DNA of 63,482 nucleotides, filler included, from Octopus bimaculoides (Eukaryota): the NCBI RefSeq assembly GCF_001194135.2. It is 6 parts of 6 records of this genome, joined end to end, with 100 filler letters (N's around TTAATTAATTAA, not from the genome) between each part and the next. Parts side by side here need not be neighbours in the genome. Positions count along the whole stretch, not along the records: positions 28,549 to 33,479 come from NC_068996.1; positions 33,580 to 52,664 come from NC_069007.1; 4 more parts are not named here. The stretch is one strand, 5' to 3'. Shown one piece after another: positions 28,982-39,176 of this stretch. Each line of letters begins with the position of its first letter. The stretch's first letter is position 1. Under the pieces are notes generated by a model, which saw only the letters and a program-made list of their open reading frames with translations, was not told where the DNA came from and did no database searches. A program made the position numbers and the translations under genes.

Positions 28982-29035
28982 CTATTAAAACGAGAAATCA
29001 AGTCAAACATAAGCAAGATATTACAAAAGTTGCCT

Positions 29036-30085
29036 AAAACCTAACCAAAACACCCAAACCCTGATCCTAAAACCTGAACCCTAACCCTGACCCTAAAACC
29101 CTATCTCTAGCCCTGACCCCAAAACCTATACCCTAGCTCAAAAACCCTATCCCTAACCTTAACTCTAATACTAAAACCCTATCCCTAACTCTAATACTAA
29201 ACCCCTAAAACCCTAACCCTAACCCTAACCCTAACCCTAAAACCCTATCCCTAACCCTGACTCCAAAACCCATACTCTAACCCTAATACTAAAACCCTAA
29301 CCCCAAAACCCATACCCTAACTCTAATACTAAAACCCTAACCCTAACACCCTAACCCTGACCCCAAAACCCATACCCTAACTCAAAAACCCTATCCCTAA
29401 AAATAAACCTTAACCCTGCATCTAAATCCCAAACCCTAACACGAAATAACTTCTAAAAGATAAATTTTTCTCAAACAGCACCCTAACCTTGACCCTAAAA
29501 CCTTAATCCTAACACCCCAACAATAACCCTAAATCCCTAACTCTAAAACCCTAAAATCCTATCCCTAACCCTGACCCTAAAACCCTAACACTAAAAACCT
29601 ATCCCTAACCCCGACCCTAAAACTAACCCTAACTCTAATACTAAAACCCTAGCCCTGACCCTAAAAACCCTATCCCTAACCCCAAAACCCATACCCTATC
29701 CCTAACCCCGACCCTAAAACCCTAACCCTAACTTTAACCCGAAATAACTTCTAAAAGACAAATTTTTCTCAAACAGCACCCTAACCTTGACCCTAAAACC
29801 CCAACTGTAACCCTAAAACCCTAAAATCCTATTCCTAACCATGACCCTAAAACCCTAACACTAAAAAACTAAAAACCTATCCCTAACTCCGACCCTAAAA
29901 CCCTAACCCTAACTCTAATACTAAAACCCTATCCCTAACCCCGACCCCAAAACCCATACCCTAACTCTAAGACCCTATCCCTAATCCCGACCTTAAAACT
30001 AACCCTAAAACCCTAACTCTAAAACCCGAACCCTAACTTTAATACGAAATAACTTCTAAAAGACAAATTTTTACTCACACAGCAC
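29036..30085 (+). repeat. Degenerate (CCCTAA)n telomere-like array with ~300 bp higher-order unit
   Basis: CCCTAA, CCCTGA, CTCTAA and CCCTAT variants. The non-telomeric tag CGAAATAACTTCTAAAAGA occurs at ~29442, ~29740 and ~30046. Confidence 0.92.
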
Positions 30086-30155
30086 CAAGTGCAATAGATT
30101 AAGTCCTCAATCTGCCCTTAAAAGGGTCAAAGAACCCTAATATATATCTACTTAC

Positions 30156-30237
30156 CCGAAATATGCAGGGGATGTCCTTTTTGTTTGCATGTATAACATC
30201 TGAGGGTAATACAGCGCTAACAGAAAAGTCTTCATCG
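30156..30237 (-). CDS. CDC42BPA: MRCK-like PH domain exon ([27 protein letters not shown])
   Basis: cag|C...CGG|gtaagt, 82 nt, phase fits both neighbours. Diagnostic [14 protein letters not shown]. Confidence 0.93.
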
Positions 30238-30382
30238 CTGTAAAGGAATTGAGAAAGAACTACATTTAGTTAAATACGAGGGGCTCAACATAGAAGGGGA
30301 CAAACAAGGACAGACAAAGGGATTAAGTCGATAATGTCGACCCCTGTGCGTAACTGGTACTTAATTTATCGACCCCAAAAGG

Positions 30383-31382
30383 TTGTAGTATTAGGGTAAG
30401 GGTTAGTGATAGGGTTTTAGTGTCAGGGTTAGGGATAGGGCTTTAGGGTCAGGGTTAGGGATAGGGTTTTAGGGTTAGGGTCAGGGTTAGGGATAGGATT
30501 TTAGAGTTAGGGTTAGGGATAGGGTTTTAGAGTTAGGGTTAGGGATAGGGTTTTAGGGATAGGGTTTTAGAGTTAGGTTAGTGTTTTAGGGTCAGGGTTA
30601 GGGATAGGATTTTAGAGTTAGGGTTAGGGATAGGGTTTTAGAGTTAGGGTTAGGGATAGGGTTTTAGGGATAGGTTAGTGTTTTAGGGTCAGGGTTAGGG
30701 TTTACTATTAGGGTTTTGGTTTTGGTTTTAGAGTTAGGGTTAGGGTTTTAGGGTCAAGGTTAGGGTTAGGGTCAGGGTTTTAGAGTTAGAGTTAGGGTTT
30801 TAAAGTTAGAGTTTGGGATAGGGTTTTAGAGTTAGATTTAGGGTTAGGGTTTTAGGGTCAGGGTTAGGGATAGGGTTTTAGAGTTAGGTTTAGGGTTCGG
30901 GTTTTAGAGTCAGGTTAGTGTTTTAGTATTAGGGTTAGGGTTCTAGGGTCATGGTTAGGGTTTACTATTAAGGTTCGGGAGTTAGGGTTAGGGTTTTAGG
31001 GTCAGGGTTTTAGAGTTAGGGTTTTAGTATTAGGGTCAGGGTTAGTGTTTTAGGAAAAGTCGACCTCGGCGGAATTTGAACTCAGAGCATAAAGACAGAT
31101 GAAACACCAATTTCTTTATTGCCCACAAGGGGCTAAACATAGAGGGGACAAACAAGGACAGACAAAGGGATTAAGTCGATTACGTCAACCACAGTGCGTA
31201 ACTGGTACTTAATTTATTGACCCCGAAAGGTTGTAGTATTAGGGTCAGGGTTAGGGATAGGGTTTTAGAGTTAGGGTTCGGGTTTTAGAGTTAGGTTAGT
31301 GTTTTAGTATTAGGGTTAGGGTTAGGGTTTTAGGGTTTTAGTATTAGGGTTAGGATTTTAGGGTCAGGGTTAGTGTTTTAGG
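30383..31382 (+). repeat. Degenerate (TTAGGG)n telomere-like arrays (30383-31054 and 31231-31382) inside two SINE-A copies
   Basis: Read directly from the sequence; SINE sequence resumes on both sides of each array. Confidence 0.92.
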
Positions 31383-31659
31383 CAAAGTCGACCTTGGCGG
31401 AATTTGAACTCAGAACGTAACGGCAGACGAAATACCGCTAAGCATTTCGCCCGGCGCGCTAATGATTCTGCCAGTTCGACGAAATTCTTCTTCCCCCTGG
31501 TGTCGCCACCTGGTCCACCAGTCCTCAATAAAATCCTCCAACCCATGCTAGCATGGAAAGTGGACGTTAAATGATGATGATGATGATGAAGATGACGTTG
31601 AAATATAACGGCTGGTTAGTTGAACAGGGCACAAAAACAAGATGTAGGACGAGCTAGAA

Positions 31660-32106
31660 ATAGGGGTTTTAGTATTAGGGTTAGGGTTTCCTATTAGGGT
31701 TAGGGTTTCCTATTAGGGTTTGGGTTTTAGAGTAAGGGTTAGGGTGTTAGAGTCAGGGTTAGGGTTTCCTATTAGGGTTTGGGTTTTAGAGTAAGGGTCA
31801 GGGTTAGGGTTAGGGTTTCCTATTAGGGTTTGGGTTTTAGAGTAAGGGTCAGGGTTAGGGTTAGGGTTTTAGGTTCAGAGTTTTAGAGTTAGAGTTAGAG
31901 TTAGGGTTTTAGTATTAGGGTTAGGGTTAGTGTTTTAGGGTTACGGTTAGGGTTAGAGTTAGGGTTTTAGTATAAGGGTCATGGTTAGTGTTTTAGGGTT
32001 AGGGTTAGGGTTTAGGTTTTAGAGTTAGAGTTAGGGTTTTAGGGTCAGGGTTAGGGTTAGAGTTTTAGGGTCAGGGTTTTAGAGTTAGAGTTAGGGTTTT
32101 AGGGTC
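31660..32106 (+). repeat. Degenerate (TTAGGG)n telomere-like array
   Basis: TTAGGG, TTAGAG, TCAGGG and TTTTAG variants. Confidence 0.92.
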
Positions 32107-32158
32107 CTAATAATAATGGGCCCTAATAAGGGAACAAAAAAAAACTGGACGTACTTAC

Positions 32159-32286
32159 CGCATATCCAAGACTTGATGCGTAATGTGAGCGACGTCGTGT
32201 GTTGCGTCGAATAAGAATAATTTAAAGTCGCACACAACGATAAATTGTCGAAGCCAGCCTTTTTTGATCCCTCCGGGTCGCGGAAT
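32159..32286 (-). CDS. CDC42BPA: MRCK-like PH domain exon (IPRPGGIKKGWLRQFIVVCDFKLFLFD...QVLDMR)
   Basis: cag|ATT...CG|gtaagt, 128 nt. Diagnostic KKGW...VCDFKLFL and DMR. Confidence 0.93.
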
Positions 32287-32361
32287 CTGTAAAAAAAGGG
32301 GACAAAGAAAATGCAGTTTTATTATTCATCGAAGTGAGGGGCAGCAGAATCGAAGGAAGGT

Positions 32362-33003
32362 TAACCCTAACCCTAACCATAATCCTAAGACCCTAACCCT
32401 AAAACCCTAACTCTAAAACCCTATACCTAACCCCGGCGCTAAAACCCTAACCCTAACTCTAAAACCCTATACCTAACCCTGACCCCAAAACCCATACCCT
32501 AACTCAAAACCCTATACCTAACCTCGGCCCTTAAACCCTAACCCTAATTCTAAATCCCTAATCCTAACTCTAAAACCCTATACCTAACCCCGGCCCTAAA
32601 ACCCTAACCTTAACTCTAAAACCGTATATCTAACCCTAATTCTGAATCCCTAACCCTAACTCTAAAACCCTATACCTAACCCTAATTCTGAATCGCTAAC
32701 CCTAACTCTAAAACCCTATACCTAACCCTAATTCTGAATCCCTAATCCTAACTCTAAAACCCTATTCCTAACCCTAATTCTAAATCCCTAACCCTAACTC
32801 TAAAACCCTATACCTAACCCTAATTCTAAATCCCTAACCCTAACTCTAAAACCCTATACCTAACCTTCACTCAATAAACACTCACAACGCTCGGTCTGGG
32901 AATCGAAACCCTATATCTAACCCTGACCCTAAAATCCTATTCCTAACCGTAACACTAATAAACTAAAAATCTATCCCTAACCCTAAAACTAACTCTGACC
33001 CTT
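32362..33003 (+). repeat. Degenerate (CCCTAA)n telomere-like array with ~40 bp sub-unit (ACCCTAACTCTAAAACCCTATACCTAACCCTAATTCTAAAT)
   Basis: Tandem units read directly from the sequence. Confidence 0.92.
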
Positions 33004-33025
33004 AATTAATGTACAGGTAACTTAC

Positions 33026-33093
33026 CTTCGCAAAGTACTCGAAGGCTGTTCCGATCCCCTTGTCGAGACGTATGCCAGGGTAAGAGTGCGTAG
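33026..33093 (-). CDS. CDC42BPA: MRCK-like exon between C1 and PH domains (THSYPGIRLDKGIGTAFEYFAK)
   Basis: aag|CT...AAG|gtaagt, 68 nt. KGIGTA(Y/F)E motif. Ends in phase 0 into IPRP. Confidence 0.82.
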
Positions 33094-34181
33094 CTTAAAA
33101 TGAAAAAAGGTTACAGCTGTTTCATAGCGTTTTTTTAAAATGTGGAAACAGAAAACACAGATTAGATTTAAGGGATAGATAGAAGCCCTTCCCCCACGCC
33201 AGGAATCTGTCCTCAGATGCTGGAAGGTCACACAACAGCATCGTCGTTTAACATCCACTGTCCATGCTGGGATGGGTCGGACGTTTTGACTAAGGACTGG
33301 TGAAACCAGATGGCTACACCAGGCTCCAATCTGATCTGGCAGGGTTTCTACAGCTGGATGCCCTTCCTAATGCCAACCACTCAGAGAGTGTAGTGGGTGC
33401 TTTGTTGGATGTTTTGACTAAGGACTGGTGAAGCAGATGGCTGCACCAGGCTCCAATCTGATTTGGCAGAGTTTCTACANNNNNNNNNNNNNNNNNNNNN
33501 NNNNNNNNNNNNNNNNNNNNNNNTTAATTAATTAANNNNNNNNNNNNNNNNNNNNNNNNNNNNNNNNNNNNNNNNNNNNTTTTATTGTATTTTTAATTCC
33601 ATTCCCATGCTTATCCAAAACTAGCCATCCCTACTTCAAGTCATACCAATTACATCCTTGCTACATAATATAATATCTACTAGTATTTACTTCATTAATT
33701 ATAGTATGATTTTCAATTATAAATTATAAATTTTAAATTTTAGATTTTAAATTATTATTTTTATACTTATTTCTAGTTCGTATTACAACTTTTCTTTATT
33801 AATGCTCTTATTCTTATTCTTATTTTTATTTTTAAACTTGCTCAAAAATGTCGAGTTGATCTTTATGCGTGCAAGCTGGAATTTGCATCAGTAAAGATTT
33901 CAAGTTACAACACAAAGCGTGTGGAAAGTAGAAAGTCAGACATAAATCTAAAATCTATGCTAGCAAGGAAAGTGGACATTAAATAATGATGACAATGATG
34001 ATGATGATGTAAATGGAGAAAATGAAGAAAATGAATGGGAACAGAAACGACAATCCTGACTTGAGAATGGTGGAGAAAAGCTGTTGATAATTTGTGCTCT
34101 GTAGGGAGCAAAGGGGTCGAGAAGAAGAGGAGGTTAAAAAAAAACACTTGTGAAACAGTGCAGTCTTTAAAAGATTCTCAC

Positions 34182-34296
34182 CTGAAGTCGAGTTCTCGTA
34201 ACTGTGGGTAGAATACAGCATCAAGGTAGATGGACAACAAGTTCTTGAAGTCTTGCTGGTTCTGGGTTGAAAATGGATATATTGTCCAGTCACTTG
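34182..34296 (-). CDS. PITRM1: PITRM1 coding exon 5 ([38 protein letters not shown])
   Basis: tag|CA...AG|gtgaga, 115 nt. Conserved YPFSTQN..DF.NLLS.YLDA. Later exons absent before the linker. Confidence 0.96.
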
Positions 34297-34960
34297 CTAC
34301 ACATGTCCAATAGTTATACAAATGAATAAACAGTTAATTAAATACAGGAATGATTAAAGTAATAATGAAATAAATAAATCATCATCATTCTCTTCATCAT
34401 CATCCTCTTCCTCTTCCTATACAAAAGTCCTAATTCAGCCATGAAACGCACGTAGTCGATGTACAAGTACTTACTTTTATACATTATATTATTGTATTAA
34501 TTTCTATTGTTCAATTTATACTTTATTTGATTTCTAGATTAATATTTTTATGATGAATGTTTCTTTGTATGGTATTCGCTGTGATTTTAAAAGTATTTGC
34601 TCTTATACATCATCATCATCATTTAACGTCCACTTTCTATGCTAGCATGGGTTGGACGATTTGACTGAGGACTGGTGAACCAGATGGCTGCACCAGGCTA
34701 CAATCTGATCTGGCAGAGTTTCTACAGCTGGATGCCCTTCCTAATGCCAACCACTCCGAGAGTGTAGTGGGTGCTCTTACATGCCACCGGCGATTGTAAT
34801 AATCTTACTGTTCACTATTTAGATTAGCATTTTGTATGGTATATGTCTCACAGTATGGTTTTGGATGGGTTCTTATATGCTAGGCCAATTGGTTTTAATG
34901 CTCCTAGGCCAATTGGTTTTAAATTGATGTTAATTGAATGAATATTCAATTTATCACCCT

Positions 34961-35005
<45 letters not shown>

Positions 35006-35241
35006 TATATATATACACACATATANNNNNNNNNNATATATACACACACACATATATATATACACACATATATATATATACGCATATATATATATATAAA
35101 TAATATGGGTGGCTTATTAGCAATTTAGAGACGTAAAGGCAACTTTATAAATGTCACTAAAGTAACAGAGAGTACTAAGTGGTACCAGCATTGCTAAAAA
35201 TAAGAGTCAAACCGTATGTATGCAAGTGACATATAACATAC

Positions 35242-35393
35242 CTGTCATAGCATTCATGAAAGTAGCCAGCGATCTATTGAGCATCTTGAAGAATGGGTCT
35301 CTCACAGGAAATTTCCTAGAACCACACAGGACCGTGTGCTCAAGAATGTGTGGGACTCCGGTGCTGTCCATTGGAGTTGTACGGAACATAACA
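35242..35393 (-). CDS. PITRM1: PITRM1 coding exon 4 with inverted zinc-binding HxxEH motif (HILEH)
   Basis: cag|T...G|gtatgt, 152 nt. Encodes [50 protein letters not shown]. Confidence 0.97.
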
Positions 35394-36249
35394 CTGCAAA
35401 TTAGGAGAAGAAAACAAAGCAATAATCAGACATTGTTGAATGTTAGAATGATCGGCTGGGGGTTGCTGTTTTAACAGCATTACTCTTTTAAACTCTTTTA
35501 CTTGTTNNNNNNNNNNNNNNNNNNNNNNNNNNNNNNNNNNNNNNNNNNNNNNNNNNNNNNNNNNNNNNNNNNNNNNNNNNNNNNNNNNNNNNNNNNNNNN
35601 NNNNNNNNNNNNNNNNNNNNNNNNNNNNNNNNNNNNNNNNNNNNNNNNNNNNNNNNNNNNNNNNNNNNNNNNNNNNNNNNNNNNNNNNNNNNNNNNNNNN
35701 NNNNNNNNNNNNNNNNNNNNNNNNNNNNNNNNNNNNNNNNNNNNNNNNNNNNNNNNNNNNNNNNNNNNNNNNNNNNNNNNNNNNNNNNNNNNNNNNNNNN
35801 NNNNNNNNNNNNNNNNNNNNNNNNNNNNNNNNNNNNNNNNNNNNNNNNNNNNNNNNNNNNNNNNNNNNNNNNNNNNNNNCTTAAAAGAGTACATTTCATC
35901 ATCATCATCATCATCATCTGCATGAGTCAGAGAAGATGCAACAAGGCAGGTTTTCTATGGCTGGATTTCCTTCCTGTCACCTGCCCTCACCTGTTTCCAA
36001 GCAAGGTAATATTTCTTCATGACCAGTTTGGTCAGGTGAGGCAGATGGTTGCCAACGGCTCCATTAAGAAGTGCCGATCTCTCAAACCTTGATGGAACAC
36101 ATGGAAGTGGGAGACTTGGGATGAAGGACTGAAGAACAATCTCAGGAAGCTGGACCTTTCAGGTGAGATAACAAAAGACTGAGATACCTGGCACCTTGTT
36201 GTACCCAAGAAAACCCATACCCCACAGCAGAAGTGTTAAGACTGATCTT

Positions 36250-36440
36250 TCTGGTTGCAGTGCCACACAAAAGCATTCATGGCAATGCCCATGTAAAAGC
36301 GCTCATGTGGCTACACAAAGAAGTACCTGTGTGATGCCCGTAAAAGAGCACATGCGGTACCATGTAAAAATGTGTGTGCAGTGCCACATAAAAGCGCACA
36401 TGGAGCACCACCTAAAATTACCTGGGCAATGCCACATAAA
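36250..36440 (+). repeat. ~22 bp degenerate minisatellite (GCAGTGCCACATAAAAGCGCAC-like) at the head of a SINE-C copy
   Basis: Roughly eight diverged tandem units. Confidence 0.65.
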
Positions 36441-36908
36441 AGCGCCCGGCACACTCTGTAGAGCGGTTGGCGTTANNNNNNNNNNGCCCGGCACACTCTG
36501 TAGAGCGGTTGGCGTTAGGAAGGGCATCCAGCTGTAGAAACCCTGCCAAATCAGACAGGGACCTGGTGCAGCTCCCCAGCTGGCCAGCCCTGGTCAGACC
36601 TTCCAACCCATGCCAGCATGGACAATGGACATTAAATGATGATGATGATGATGATGATGATGACGACCAGATGTTTCCTTGAAAAACTGGAAACTAAGGA
36701 CTTCACTTGCATGAGAGTGGCACTCATTTCTAACTACCACATGGTGCCAATAACACACACACACACATATATACATATAGAAGAGGTTTCTTTCAGTTTC
36801 CCTCTGCCAAATCCACACACATGGCTTTGGTCAGCCAGGGCTATAGGAGAAGACACCCAAAGTATCACCCAGTGGGTCTCAACCTAAGACCATGTGACTG
36901 TGCCTCTC

Positions 36909-36948
<40 letters not shown>

Positions 36949-37173
36949 GATTCTTTTCAGATTCTGTCTACGAAATTCATTCACAAGGCTTCGGTTGACC
37001 CAGAACTATGATAGAAGACACTTGTCCAAGGTGTCATACAGTGGGATTGAACCTGAAATTACAAGGGCCGTGGAGCAAGCTTCTTAACCACGCTGCCATG
37101 CCTGGGACTATTTCTCAAAAATAAGATATTTACAGAAAAAAAGAAGAGAAAAAAATGAAAAAATATTGCTAAC

Positions 37174-37280
37174 CTGAAAGCATTGTTGTTGTCATCTCGG
37201 TCAAGATGGAGATGCTGTGCTCCAGTCTGGTCATGACGTAGTGATATGGTTGAAATAAATAATTCTGGAATAGCAGAAAT
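37174..37280 (-). CDS. PITRM1: PITRM1 coding exon 3 ([36 protein letters not shown])
   Basis: tag|ATT...AG|gttagc, 107 nt, phase 0-2. PEL..H..TGA..LH motif. Confidence 0.94.
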
Positions 37281-37846
37281 CTATAACAGCAATAAAAACA
37301 GCATAATAATAATAATAATAATAATAATAATGCAGTACCAGGCAGTGGCTCTCATGGCTTCTGATCTTAATTGATTGGAAGTGTTATCATGTACATTGTC
37401 TTGTCTTGGTATAAAAGATGGGCTACAGCAAATATNNNNNNNNNNNNNNNNNNNNNNNNNNNNNNNNNNNNNNNNNNNNNNNNNNNNNNNNNNNNNNNNN
37501 NNNNNNNNNNNNNNNNNNNNNNNNNNNNNNNNNNNNNNNNNNNNNNNNNNNNNNNNNNNNNNNNNNNNNNTGGAAACATGGGTGTTTTGCTCAACATCCT
37601 TAAACAAACCTTATTCAGGGACCTTTTGAGCGGGATGGGCTACTCGACCTGGAGAGAATTCTAACAGGGCCCTACCTGCGAGGTCATGCGCTGTTTATCT
37701 TGATATGAGGTCGCCATGTCGTGCACATATGGTTGTGATGCATGTGCCTGGTGTACCCTCATCAGACGGGTGGTCATGATGGGTATAATGGGCTTTGTAT
37801 ATTTTACCCCAGTGTCACTTTGATGGCATGCACTGCTCCCTCACTC

Positions 37847-37885
<39 letters not shown>

Positions 37886-38029
37886 AGCACTCAGAGAGCG
37901 CAGACCTCTGCCAAGGCAACACCAACGTCCTCTCAACGATTAGCCACAGATGATTTTTGAAATGAGAATATCTGAAATAATCTCAACTGCTCTCACAAAT
38001 GAGAATACTAAAAATTAACCTGTCCGCTC

Positions 38030-38260
38030 TCAAAAATTAAGTAAAAAAAATAAGACAGGAAAAATAATCCAGAATCCTTGTCCATTACCAGATTGATCCC
38101 AAAATCTAATCAGTTTGTGCCAGTCATGAGGCCAAACATCCCTGAAAGTTTCATTCAAATCCATCAGAGTGGTTCTTGAGATATCTTGTCCACAGACAAA
38201 CAAACGAACAAATACCACTGAAAACAATACCTCTGCCTTCGCTAAGTCAGAGGTAATAAT
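38030..38260 (+). mobile_element. Helentron/DINE-like non-autonomous element with a 3' hairpin
   Basis: Ends GAAAACAATA-CCTCTG..CAGAGG-TAATAA. Related ends at ~26790-26970 (+) and 39378-39430 (-). Confidence 0.5.
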
Positions 38261-38679
38261 AATCCTTGCTTCTAAAGGCTCAAGGCCTGAAATTTTGACA
38301 GAAGGGTCTTGTCATTAACCCCAGCACCCAACTGTACTTATTCTATCAATCCTGAAAGGATGAAAGGCAAACTCAGGCCTGATCAAAGGCATTCCAGCCA
38401 TGACTATGCCATCTTTTTATCCAAATGAAGGGAATCCAGGATCACCTTGTCAGACAGGTCCTTTCCTGAAAATGTTGGTGGAGGGCTGATTCCTAGGAGA
38501 TTTGACTGCTATTCCTAATAGGTCAAGCAGCCCAATGGGGGCTCCGTCACTTGTAAACATTGTATGTGCGCATGAGAGAGAGAGGGAGAGGGAGAGAGAG
38601 AAAGAGGGAGAGAGAGGAAGGAGACAGCTACACATTCAAGACATGTTAACAAATGCTGTAATGTACAAAGAGCAAAAAT

Positions 38680-39080
38680 CAAAACCAGTGGTGATGGAAA
38701 TGATGATGATGAGTGGTATGGTAGTGGTGGTGATGCTGGTGTTGATGGTGGTAGTGGTGGTGGTGGTGGTTGTGGTGACGGTGTTAGTGGTGGTGGTTGT
38801 TGTGGTGATGCTGGTATTGATGGTGGGTGGTGATAATGGTGGTAGTGGTGGTGCTAGTGATGGTGGTTGTGGTTGTGGTGATGCTGGTAATAATAATGCT
38901 GATGGTAATGATGATGGTGATGGCAATAATGATGATGACGATGATGATGATGGTGGTGGTGGTGGTGGTGGTACTGGTGATGACTGGTGACGGGAACAGT
39001 GATACTAGCAGTGGAGGTGGTAGTGGCAACAATGGTAACAGAGGCAGTGGTGGTGGTGGTGGTGGTGGTGGTGGTGGTGC
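38680..39080. repeat. (GGT)n/(GAT)n degenerate trinucleotide array abutting the PITRM1 exon 2 donor
   Basis: Read directly from the sequence. Confidence 0.92.
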
Positions 39081-39097
39081 GTGCTTGTAATGCTTAC

Positions 39098-39176
39098 CTT
39101 CTCAACAGTGTAGCCATGAATCTTGTCCCCTTCCTTGACCCTCTGCACCGACGCAGCACTGAGTGTGTTGATACAG
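39098..39176 (-). CDS. PITRM1: PITRM1 coding exon 2 (CINTLSAASVQRVKEGDKIHGYTVEK)
   Basis: cag|C...AAG|gtaagc, 79 nt. GDKIHG(F/Y)TV motif. Phase joins exon 1 (CG|C). Confidence 0.92.

Noticed and set aside
29036-33003. A true chromosome end, or a CRISPR-like repeat-spacer array
   Set aside because: The arrays are degenerate, in both orientations and interrupted by spliceable exons and SINEs. There are no constant repeats with unique spacers and no cas genes.
33830-33990. Open frames on both strands downstream of PITRM1 exon 5
   Set aside because: They do not encode the expected next PITRM1 peptide (QEGWRLEH...), lack a convincing donor, and run into a SINE tail.
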